A stretch of 63,901 nucleotides of DNA, filler included, from Diploschistes diacapsis (lineage: Eukaryota), in NCBI GenBank assembly GCA_023645945.1. It is 11 parts of 11 records of this genome, joined end to end, with 100 filler letters (N's around TTAATTAATTAA, not from the genome) between each part and the next. Parts side by side here need not be neighbours in the genome. Positions count along the whole stretch, not along the records: positions 34,857 to 58,297 come from JALAIB010000264.1; 10 more parts are not named here. One strand, 5' to 3'. The position numbers were made by a program, and so were the translations under genes. How positions within the stretch are numbered: the stretch's first letter is position 1; each line of letters opens with the position of its first letter. A model generated the notes under the pieces. That model searched no databases. It was not told the origin of the DNA and worked only from the letters and a program-made list of their open reading frames with translations. Below are positions 37,665-49,339 of this stretch, in pieces.

Positions 37665-40600
37665 ATGTCGTCGCTGTGGAGCTCAAGGATTCAAACGACA
37701 AAAGCCACCAATGGATGCCGAGACAATGAGGCGCCAGAAGATGCCAGTATCGGCAACATTCTAGCGATGGCGTACCAATCGTTGGTGCAAATTGAAAACA
37801 GTCTCCTGTTCGCCGACAAGTTTCTCGGAGCAGGGTCTGTGTTCCAAGTCAATCGCGAAATCTACAAAGAGACACATCATTCGCCACTGAGCTACTACGT
37901 AGCGGTCAAATACATGCGACTGGAACAGCGCCCGGAGACCCGTCGCCAAATTCTCACTGCGCTGACCAGGGAGTTGAAGGTGATCACACATTCGGTGCTT
38001 CGGAGCCATCCTCACATCTGCTCGGCCCTGGCGTTCGGTTTCACCAATCCTAATCTCGGACAGCCAAGGCCGTTTCTTGTGATGCCATATGCTGAATTTG
38101 GCACCCTGTCCGAAGTTCTTCAAGCTGTACGAATGCACAGGCAGATATCAATCCTTGAGCAACGGGACTTGGCGTTAGACGTCGCGTTGGGTCTCCAAGC
38201 ACTGCACGAGTCTGGATTCATTCATGGCGATGTGAAAACCAACAACGTTTTGGTATCTAGCCGCTCTTATCCCCTAGGGTACGATAGCGGAAATGATGGT
38301 ATTCCGTGGATCGCTAAAGTGGCAGATTTTGGTTCGTCTTTGAGTCGAGAAGATGCTGAAGGTCACGCTTTTCACTACACCGGGACCGCGCTCTATAACG
38401 CGCCTGAGATCGAAAATGGCGAGGTACTCCGTGACAGAGTCTTCGAAGCATACAAGAAGGCTGACACGTACTCTTTCGGGCTCCTCCTCTGGGAAATTCT
38501 AGAATCAGGGTCTTTCTATCTCGACACGATCAAGGAATATGACGCATTAATCGCGCAAAAACGATATAGAGAGTTCTTGCAGAAGACTCATGATAGGTCT
38601 GGAAATGCAATGTTTAAAATAGCTTTAACCTCCCTTCAGGATGCGAGAGATGAGATCACCGATCAAAAATGTTGGGACAAAATAGTAAGGACCTTGGAAT
38701 CATGTCTGAACAGGGAAGGCCGTTTCCGAAAAGACATGAAAAGGGTCGCCGAGGAGCTTCAAGGAAGCATAGTGTACGCTGTTTGTTTTTCTTTGATGTG
38801 ATTGTGCTGATTCAAGGCTCGCAGATCCGACAGATCTCCGGTTGTCTATTCTTTGCCTAAATTAACGAGCCAGCCAGTCACGAAGCCTACTATGGTCGGA
38901 CCCTTACCGCAGAATAGACCTTATCCTATCATGACCCCCGGACTGTGGCAGCTACAACCATTCCGCTCAACAGAAGTTCACCCAACGGGCACGACCTTCC
39001 GTCCCATACCAAGAGATGCAGTTATGAAAGACAGACTTCTCATTCCGTATCGAAGACTAGACTCGCGCGACCTTGAGACGCCGCAATCTCGCGAGTGTAA
39101 TGGGCTCAGCCTTCAACACGTGTGTCACTCCATCTGCCAATCTGAAGTGCTGCCGTTGTGTTAACGCTATACTAGGCGATTCTGTCCCCGCTCCCACCTC
39201 GGGAGATTCAAGAACGCCTGGTTGAACAGTGGGAGACGCAGGTACACAATGGTCAGGACTCTAAAGTCATTTCGCAAGCTTGCTTGGAATTGAGTATATG
39301 CCATTACTTCGGCTTTGGATGCGAACCAGATCGACTTGCATCCCTCCAATTTCTACGGCAAGCCTCTTTTGGAAGCACTACCGCGAAAGCAATCGTCGGC
39401 CGTATCTCCGCCGCCTTTCTCAAAACCAAAGATGGCGGAATCGATAATGAGAGACCGTATAATGATGGAAAGGACGCAGCTTATTTCAGCCAGCGTCTCC
39501 TCTCTACGAATTCTACCATAATAATGCGTCCCACTTTGCAAGCAAAGCCTCGACTTTCTTTGAGACCTGGCCATTACCCAGATAGTTCGAGAGTCGAGCT
39601 CGTGATTCGGCTAATCCGTCAAGAACTGGACTGTCGACAAGATATGAGAGGTAGTGTGGACATCAACCGCCTCGAGCAACTGTGGGCAAGTCATATTCGG
39701 AAGGAATCAACTCCATTGGAAAGCCTATCTCAACTAGACATCTCAGCATCTCTGACAGAGTCATGCAGATTGGGACTCTTTGAGACTGCCAAAGCCTTAG
39801 CAGCCATGTGTCTGCAGTTCATAGGCAGGTTCGGGAATCCCAACCCTCTACATTGGTTGATAATGTTCCCACCGGATCAGGCCCAATACATTGCAGAGCT
39901 ACTTGTGCTCGGAATAAAGGGTAAAAAGCCCTACGGGATCTGCTTCCATTGTCTTAATTCTCGGATTTCGTCTATTACCTTTCTACCTGAGCACTGTATG
40001 GAACTCATTGGAACCCCACTTCATTGGGCTGTTCGTGGCCGAAACCTCGCTCTCGTAAGAAAGCTCTTAGATTTAGGCGCTGACATGGCAGTGAGATATG
40101 CACCACATGTTCCAATTCTGGGGGAGCCGCCAAGCATCGGTCGTGCAGCTTATAGTCCGCTGGATCTTGCCCTCGAATTTCATCTACACGAAATTGCTGA
40201 ATTATTACTGGACCATAGCCGACTTCAAGGTGCAGGAAACGAGCTCGAGATAGCTCCCTCTATCATGGCCCATACTGCAACGCCCTTCTCCCGCTTCATT
40301 ATCCACGGGCCATATTATCGTATTGCTCTACGGAAGACTATAGAGGTTCTGTCTCGTAGAGGCTACAATATCAACAGATCAGACTACTTCGGAGATCAGC
40401 CACTCCTTGTCTCGCTGAGAAATGCCGCTCATGAGGAATACATTACTGAAGAACTCCTCAAGGCTAATGCATACCTCAGTGAAAGCTTGCCAGGAAACGA
40501 CAATCTGGCAATCCTTGTAGTTCTCAGCGCAGGGACAGATCATCCATCAAGAGCATTTAAACTCCAACAAATTCTCCATCTCGTTGAGGATCTTAACGCT

Positions 40601-41569
40601 TGTAACGACAAAGGATACAATGCGCTCCATTACTGCGCTTTCACTAGCAATGCCTCAATGGCAAAAGTCCTCCTTTCATCAGGTCAGGTCGATATCAGTG
40701 CCAAGAGCTCAAATAAATATCAAAGTACGCCACTCATCATAGCTGCTGAATATGGCGGAGTCGCAATTTTGAACATACTGCTCGAGGTAGGGGCAGACCC
40801 AGATTCTTCCAACGCTCGTGGTGAGACCGGCCTGGAGTGCGCGATCCGCAATCGACAGTATGAGACTGCCTCCTTGCTGATTGAGCACGGTGCTTGCCTT
40901 TGTTTCCGTTCTCGGAATTCCGTTCCTCAAGACACAGTTCTACATGCGGCGTGTGTTGGTCCTAGCAATCGACCTCCGCTTGTAAGACGCTTGCTCATGG
41001 GTCACGCCAAGCTTCGGGAACATGACGTTCTTCACCAGACCATTGATAAACGTTATGGATTCGGGGCGAAGACTCCACTTCATCAAGCCATCATGTTTGC
41101 TGATCTCGACTCCGCCAAAGCACTCTTGGAGTACGGAGCGGATGGGAACTATTGGACGCATCCTCCGGAACTTGATGCCTCAAACCGGATTACCAAGATT
41201 CTCCACAAACAAACGGCCTTTGACTTTCTCAACCGTCTTCTATCAAGGGCGAAGACCAAGGGACTTTATGGCGAACAGATTCAAGCGGCTCGCCAGGGAC
41301 AATTGCAAAATTCGAGATTGATCATGAATGGCAAATACTTTGATCAATCACAGGAGAGACTCGAATGGGAGAAATTCGATGGCGTGCCACAATTCAACAT
41401 TCGACTGGAAGAGATACAATCTCAGCAACAAGGTCAAGCTGGAGTGCGTAGCTTCATTGCCCGTCTTGAAGAGATAAGGCGGATCATGGTGACACGAGGA
41501 TGCGAAGAGACGGACCCAGAAACTCTGCGGCTTCCATTTCTACTAAAGCAGTCGAAAGAAAGTGAATAG
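37665..41569 (+). CDS. Protein kinase - SEL1-like repeat - ankyrin repeat protein, 2 introns
   Basis: LGAGSVF, YVAVKY, HGDVKTNN, ADFG, YNAPE, DTYSFGLLLWE; LELSICHYFGFGCEPD (SEL1-like); TPLHWAV, NALHYCA, TPLIIAA, TPLHQAI (ankyrin). Introns about 38774-38824 and 39120-39175. Confidence 0.9.
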
Positions 41570-41710
41570 GAGTCCGTCTCGATTAATTTTAAACCTCAGG
41601 CGAGAGACTGTCTAACGCCTTTTGCGCTGCAACGATTTGCGGCCGTGGGTTTTGCTTTAGTTATCGACGCCTGAAGGTTGTACCGCCCTTCCGATGGATC
41701 AACCTCTTAT

Positions 41711-42911
41711 TCACGAGGGCAGATTTCCTACGAAGACGACCATGACCGCACAATAAGCCGCCGTCGCCGAGAATATTTCAAAATTTCGTGATTCCGTCAT
41801 GCAAAGGGCTGCGGAGAAAGTCGTGGTGAAAACCGCTATCGCCCAGATTCTGGAGAGCATCATGTCCATAGTGTACAGAACAGTAATAGGCACAATCAAC
41901 GTCAGAATGGCAAGGACTGCGGTCAGAAATCTTGAAACGGCGGATACCCGTTGAGCCGAAAATTGGACAATGTGTTGGTCAGTCGACTTTTCGCGGTCCT
42001 TCTACAGACTAGTCAGCTAAGCTGTGTCTGCGGGCTCGAACGAACAGAGCGCGTACTGCGACACCAAAAATCTGCTGCGCGTCAGATCACCTTCATGTTC
42101 TTGGGTGTGTATAATCTTTACCCAACTGAATCCGTGCTCATGCAGTCTGACGGCACATTTCTCCAGGAACCAGTCTAATCCAGCGTGATCGGCCGGACCT
42201 TGCGGAGCGCTCAAATCCTCCCAGTCCTGGAAAGCTACCGATTCCTGGGGCGTCAGGGGTTTGTTACCTTCGAGCCAGCGGCAGATACTCAGTATCTGCG
42301 ACTCGCGTGGCTTTCGCCGTTCGACGTGGCGGTAATACTCGTTCAGCAGTTTATCTTCGATCCAGATAAGCTACGGCGAACTTCTTGGAACGAGTTTCAT
42401 CAATACCGTAAGCTAATAGTTTGCAGCTGATGTTTGATAGGAGGTCTTGGCGATGCGTATTTCTATCCTGCCGTCGCGAGTGGAGGAAGAAAGAGGTACA
42501 CTCGTTTCGGTCCAGATCGTCAAGCTGTTCCTGCAACTCAAGAATCTCATCTTGCTTGTGCAGTAAGACCCGCGTATGCAAACGGCTGAATTGTTTGAAT
42601 ACGCAGAGGCTGCGGTCGCTGCTCAACAAAGCTGCTAAGCGGGGATAGCCTGGGCGATAGTTTTCGACTATGAACGTCGCTATCAGGAGACATGGCACTT
42701 TCGAGATCAAGAAGAGGATGGCAAGACATACTGATGCCACTCTTATGCTTGAAGTAGGGTTTGCTACGGGATGGGTTTGCTGTCTGAGAGACTATGTTCC
42801 CAAACGGTGAGCTACATTCTGCTGAGAGATGCGGAACTGACCTCTGGCTCGTTTAATGAAGTTTGGGACATTGCCGCTCGGGTCTTGACTGCTTCTGTAG
42901 CTACTTGCCAT
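41711..42911 (-). CDS. DUF6594-like fungal protein with C-terminal transmembrane helices, about 4 introns
   Basis: ENYRPGYPRLAALLSSD..FKQFSRLHTRVLLHKQDEILELQEQLDDLD; C-terminal LTLIVPITVLY..FTTTFSAALC..EIFSATAAYCAVMVVFVGN. Probable ATG at 42911 with GTCAGT and GTATGT introns; the start is less certain. Confidence 0.85.
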
Positions 42912-43204
42912 TTTCAGTCTGCCTGGTAGATTCAGTATGGAACAGGACACGAAGTCTTCGGGGCCAGCAGTATGTGCGACTACATGTAAATGCAGGCGCG
43001 GCGTAGCTACGGCAATGTATCATGCACCAAGTTTGAGAGGCTAGCCGTTTGGGACTTTCTAGACCTCAAGATGCAATGTCAGGCAGGCATTCTGGGCATT
43101 AATGCAGCCTCGCAGTCTTTCTTCACAATCCTCCGTTCACGACCTTCCAACCGGAGCCTGTCTCTCTCAGTCTTCTCGGGCACAAAGCGTTGTGGTAAGA
43201 TGTA

Positions 43205-43589
43205 TCATGACGTGGGTACCACCAAAGAATCCTCCCGTACAAGACCATTGTATTGCGCCCCAGTGACCTGCCACTTCAGTCTGTATGAAGTCCCTTCGAT
43301 TGCGACCACGACCAGCGGTCCTTCTGGTGGTGCCTGATTGCTCGTGGCAACGTAAACCACCTCGTTGACAGAATATAGGGGAGCGCTCGGAAACTGATGT
43401 CTATCTCGTCAGAACCGTTTCAAAGGCATTGGCGGCTGTACCTGAGCTTTGCTCGCATATTCCCTGACGTGGGCTTTCCCGTCTGGAGGCGTATCCGGCA
43501 AGACCGTGGGCTGGATGTCAGCTTTAGACAAGGCATTCGTGTATTCATGTGTCGAAGAGAGGTACCTTTCTGTCGTTCAGATCGGCCAT
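43205..43589 (-). CDS. 93-aa three-exon microprotein with predicted SH3/Tudor-like beta-barrel (not in the ORF track)
   Basis: Exons 43589-43566, 43510-43442 and 43393-43205; introns of 55 and 48 nt with GTAC donors, CTGAC branch sites and CAG acceptors. Product: MADLNDRKPTVLPDTPPDGKAHVREYASKAQFPSAPLYSVNEVVYVATSNQAPPEGPLVVVAIEGTSYRLKWQVTGAQYNGLVREDSLVVPTS. Confidence 0.78.
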
Positions 43590-43821
43590 CCTCTTCGCAG
43601 CTCAAATCTCCGAGGACCTATGGATATATCGAGCTTTCCTGAGAAGGCGCTTGAGAGGATCAGGCCGAGAATCTGGAGACTCATGCAAGGCTTAGGGCCC
43701 CCCTTGCCTATTGATCTGTTGCGGGGTGCGCAGCCTTGCGCAATGTACTGATCCTTGAACCGCCTTGGCTTCGTCACTTTCGCTGGGAGAGGATGTATGG
43801 AAACGCAATGTATACTGAAGC

Positions 43822-46101
43822 ATGGAATCGCAGGTTATAAGCACATTTACTCAGCACAGCGCTGCCTTTTTCAAAGACCGATCAGACTACGATAGTGTCA
43901 CTGTCCTGCTGCTCTATTGGCGTGACGGGGACCTAGAAGTCGACGAGGAGCTCAAGGCAGTACGGAAATTATTCGGTGCATCGTTGAACTTTGTCGTTGC
44001 CTCGTACCCAATCCCGGGCGATGGAACTCAACAGGCAAGGCTCTACAGGCAGATCGCCAGCGTCGTCGAAGAATCAGCTTTGCAGCCGAGGAGTCTCTTG
44101 ATTCTGTACTATACGGGCCATTGCAGGGAGACAGAAGGTAAAGCTGAGTGGGCTGCGTGTGTGCTTTTCTGCCCCAAGATCGAATAGCCTGCTCTAATTG
44201 CTGAATTAGGAGAAGACGAGGCGGCTCAACACTAATATGGTCGGATATACAACGATGTTGCTTTGGCGCAATCGGTGATGTTCTGCTGATACTCGATTGC
44301 TGTCATGCTACCCTGTTCGCTAAAGGTCGTAAGGATTGCGGCAGGTTTGAGATACTCGCGGCATGCGCCAAAGGACTTGAATCCCCTTTGCCTGGACTTG
44401 GATCCTTTACCTGGGCTCTCTTGAAAGCTTTGTCGGAGGAGCGTCTAAGAGATGGAATTGCAGTACGAAAACTGAGAGGCTTAATCGAAGATTACTCAAG
44501 AGGTGCATCCCGGACCTCTGTGACAATGAATCCGTCACTGATGCTGTTTGATAGAGACACCGTTCTGGGACTCTTTTGGCAGCGATAGTGTTGCGACTAT
44601 CATCATCAAGCGCCTTAAGCCGTCTTCACATGTGGGCTTCGCCAAAAAGCCCGCAGGATATGTATTCTTCCGAGCATCACTGGTAGATGATTTGGATGGG
44701 CTTCAGATATCGGACTGGCTCAAGACCAATGCTCCGGAAAACGTATCAGCTATACACATTGAAGCTGTTGTCTCGAAAGCCCGCCGGCTACAGCGCAATC
44801 TTGACCATGGCGCTTTCGCTCCAACCTCTATCCTACGAAAGCTCTCGACAACAGCACAATCAGAAATATTGAGAGAATTGCAGTCTCTCGACACGGTTAT
44901 GGCGAACTCTAGGCAGGCCGCATCGGATACCAAAAAACGTGACAATAGTAGGGCAGATAAGGATGTTTTCGAGGCTATGCAGAGCACCATAGATGAAGTC
45001 AGCAATCTGATTGAAACACCAATTCTTCTTGATCTGAGCGAAGAAAATATAGACCGTGCAGTTAAGGATGACGATGCTGTTCCTCAAGATATAATAGAAA
45101 ATATCTCGCTTCGCAACCAGATCATGGCTTCAGACGAAGACCCCAGAACTTCATACGAAATACCTCGTCAAGATATCGAGTTCGAGGACAACTTGAATCG
45201 GTTCAATTATGGCCGGATTGGCGAACAGAATGTACTCCTGGAATTCTTCGGGTACGAGACGGACCAGAACGGAGATCTCTTCCCGGAAACGGTTCAGCAG
45301 CTTAATCTAATGGCAGCGCGTTTGTGCCACAGCAAGCGCCTAAGCTTTCACATCCTTCCATGCCTCGGTTATGTCGAAGACAAAGTCGAGTGTCGATTCG
45401 GACTCGTCTACCAGCTTCCGCCCTTGCTGAGCGCAGCACGCTTATGGGTAATTTCGTTGCACTCACTGTTCACTACCATCCACCGGGTATCTCTCAGCCA
45501 GCGCATGAAGACGGCCTACGCAATCATTACAGCCTTGGAGAATTTCCATCGCATAGGTTGGATCCACAAGGCCATCCGCAGCGACAACGTCTGCTTTCTC
45601 GTCAAAGACAACAGCTTGGAAGCCGTTGACAACAGGAAAGGCGACGGCGGCGACGTCGACTTCTCCTCCCCGTGGCTGATCGGGTTCGAGTACGCCCGCG
45701 CCGGCGCCGCCGGCAGCAAGCTCGAGGAGGACTATTCCGAGGTGCGGAACCTCTACCGGCACCCGGACCGCTGGGGCCGGCCCGCGGCCAAGCACACGCG
45801 CGCGCACGACATCTACTCTTTGGGGGTCGTGCTCATGGAGATTGGCTTCTGGAAGGCCATCGACCAGGTCGTCGCTCCGCCCAAGCCTGGCCAGCGCCGC
45901 GTCGCGGCGGCGTTCAGGGAGAGTTTGATGCGCAGGCTGGAGCGCGCCCTTCCGCACCAGACCGGTGACGTGTTCGTGGCGGCGGTCAAGGCTTGCTTCG
46001 ATTACGAGGGGGAGGTGGTTGGTAAGAGCGAGTTCGAGATGCAGCAGATCTTGCAGAGGACGGTGCTTGCGCAGGTGAAGAAGATTGTGAACAAAGTGTA
46101 G
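43822..46101 (+). CDS. Caspase-fold (clan CD) protease fused to a C-terminal pseudokinase domain, 2 introns
   Basis: VTVLLLYW, LLILYYTGH (His at 44119), DVLLILDCCHA (Cys at 44298), EILAAC, SFTWAL; C-terminal WIHKAIRSDNV, LIGFEYAR, LYRHP, DIYSLGVVLMEIGFW. Introns about 44157-44209 and 44503-44554. Confidence 0.88.
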
Positions 46102-46650
46102 ATGCTAAAAAGAGATGAAGAAAAGGCAACATGGCAAGCTCTCGTTGAGAGAAAGGGAGGACACGACTCGAATTTTATTTGCTCTAAAGTGTATTCTATG
46201 AACTGCCTTCCCACAAGAGAAGTTCACCGCAAGGCTATATAGAAGCCGGTACCCAAAGTAGGAATTACTTAGTGAGATGTGTTTACAAACAAGGCTCTTG
46301 ACAGATCTTAGGTTCATTATTTGTAGGGTCCATGGTATTTCGATGTAAAGACTGTAGAGTTTGAAAGTATTAATGCAAACATTGACGTCTTGTACTACTC
46401 TACTACTCAAGTTGTCAGTAATGACTTGAAGTGATGCTGTGAAACTTGCGGCGGACGCGCTAGCTCGCCATGGCACATGGCTGCCTGCCTGCAAGGAGGG
46501 ATAGACGCACCCGTTGACTCATACTCTATAGTAGTATGTGCGGGGAGCAGGAAACATGTAGAGATCGTGCAAGTGACATATGCATCAGGTACAAACTGGA
46601 AATTCATTAGAGAAAATAGAACTTCGTAGATTGGTGATGCAAGATGTTGG

Positions 46651-47853
46651 ATGTTGTGCCCTATGGTATGTGGTATGTTATGTTCAACTGTTAGCAGACC
46701 AAGACCCGAGAATTGCGCTAATAATTGGGCCATTCTTTGCAGGCTTCAAAGCCTGGCCAAAAACTTTCTTCATGTACCATACCTTCTTCACCATGCACTT
46801 CCGATTGACGAGTCCCTTGTAATGCACCTTCAGCGGTCACTCTCACTGTGTACCCAGCCATACTGCGCACAATCACTTTTTGCTGTCCATGATGGCTTCA
46901 TTCGCCGTTCGCTTTGCCGTTCGCTTGCGCCACTCCAGAGACGCAAATCACACCTTTGCGTCCAGGTCGATCAGCCAAGGGATCCCATAAAGAGTGATGT
47001 TAAGCGTTTCGAGCCGTTGCAGTATGATTTCAATAAGAAAGCCAAATACTGCATGATCGAACTGGAGATTAAAAAGGAGGGAAAAGTCAAAGAACGTGTT
47101 ACTTGTAGCGTCGCCGAGGCGCTCGTGGAATACATAAAACCTGGGCTACTCCTTTCGCCTGCCCTGGCGATTGAAGACCCTATGAAGTTTCTCGAGGAGC
47201 ACTTCACCAAGATCCTAACAGAGCCAGAGAAACAACAAGACAAGGGAGATAGCGACGGGCGTTACAATGCTGCAATCCCACTCTATGTCTTGGAAGACAT
47301 TACTCCTACCCCAGGCCAGCTGCGAGCGAAACGAAAGACGGAAACCAAGGTCGTTTGGACCTCTGTCGACCAGCCTCTTCGCATACAGTCCATGATGAGC
47401 AGCGCCTTCAAGGCTCTCCTGCTCGGCGGCCGCTCTATTTTCACGCTGCAGTCTAGGTTGGTAGTCGAACGGAAGGCAAGCATGACTCTTCGACGTGCGC
47501 AACGTACGCACACTCAAATGACCTCCAACCCGAGCAAAGCCTCACCTGTCTATTCAGATTCACCAAGAGCATATCGATGCAACATGCAAGAGCCCAGTGC
47601 TGAGACGCGCTCGATGGTCGAATGGAATTGCACGTACATGCCGCATGTGTGGCCGAATGTGTTGATGAGGAGTATGCCAGAAGATACCAAAATGGCACCC
47701 AAAATTGCGTTACAGCCGCACAGCAACAATGTACAGGTAAAGTGGACGTTCGTACGGCATCTTGAAAAACGTAAAGCGCTCAGCTCATCCTCGCGGAGTG
47801 CTGAGGTTGATAAGCCTCTATCAAGGGCAATGCAGGACTTTATGAATAGGTGA
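46651..47853 (+). other. 400-codon ORF of unknown status; only the central part looks protein-like
   Basis: Long open frame with a charged central segment (DVKRFEPLQYDFNKKAKYCMIELEIKKE) and no recognised motif. Confidence 0.3.
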
Positions 47854-49339
47854 TCAGATACTCTGCCATGCCAGGTGCACGTTCAAGATCGGTTCTGCTT
47901 ACTATCGCTCATGGTAGAAGATGCTTCCTACACTTGGAGGCATCCTCAACCACCTCGGCCCGGCCAGAGTGCTTTGCAGAGGTACTCCAAGCAGTTAAAG
48001 CTGTGAGTTGCAACTGCGCTCAGACGCTCGCCAGCGTGTCCTGTGTAATGAGATCAAAGAACGTTAGCATCAACCGTACCACATGACAAACCATAGGTCC
48101 CCTCAACTCTATATGCGAGGTTTCTTCGCGAAAAGAACGCAGTACTATCCCTACCTGAGATGCGCGCACTTTAAGACACTACGAAGGTCATATCACCTTC
48201 AACCAGATGACAGCCCTTACGGTAGATTGTCTACTGCAAACGTCGAGTTATTACAATCACTCACAGCTACGTCTACGCTGGAATGGCTGTCGCCAATTCT
48301 TTCTAGTTGTGGAAAGGAAGAAAAGTAGCTGTGGGAAAGGGGGTTGGGCATTTTCCTGACCAAGGCCATAAGCAGCGATCGCTAGGAATGTCTTTCAAAT
48401 GATTGACTAGACAGCCTCACTTGTACTCGGCACTCGAGGACTGAACAGAAGTGAGAATATTATCGTACGTTTGGGAGCACCTGCAGCGTTTGGTTTGAGG
48501 AAGGAAGATGCAATGGGATAGTGGCAATGAGCCGAAGGGACGCCAGGGAGGTTTTGCAAGGGACGAGATATTATACGAAGGTGTAGATGAGCTTGAAGAT
48601 AGGGGTGTGCAGTGGAAGCTTGCTGATAGACCTGCGAACAGGTGTCGACGGTCAGGGCTCACGCTTTACAAATGCATCAAATTGCTACTTGGAGGTCTGC
48701 TATGGCCCTTGTGAAGTTTCTTATTGTGCAACAAAGTTTTGAAGAACTAGGGAAGCATACAGAAGATGCAGAAGGGTTTCAATGATTCATAGCCTATTAC
48801 GGAATATAGTAGGCACAGAGTCTCTGCAAGCCGTCCGATGAGTGCTGGAGTCGGAGTCGGTGGTGGTGGTGGTGGTGGTGGTTTTCCGTGAGTTTTACTT
48901 TGTCCATGTAATTGCCAATGTCACGAGTGGTGGCGACCCACATCGCGGCTGATGGTGATCTTTAGCCTCAAATTACACCATCTCAGGCTTCAAGTCTCTC
49001 AATTTCGATATCATTCATTGGACTCTCGGGCCTTTCGACTTTGTCTCTTCCCCAATCAACGTGCAACTCTCGATAATGGCGTTACAGCCGCCTTGCAAAG
49101 CATCCCCAGAATGCCATGTGGACCGCTCCATGGACCTGGCCAAGTTCCGCGTGCGAATGGCGTGCTTGTCTTTTGATGTATTGCCGTCCAGAACGTCTTA
49201 TTACGCAGGTATGTGATAATGGGGTACGCTGCTCATTTATTTTGTTGTATGGTGCAGTGTGTTGCTTTCATTTCTAGTATCTTAGACCGGTGCTTCAGGC
49301 ATCTGTATCAATCGAACTTTGTTTCAATTGAGATAGATA

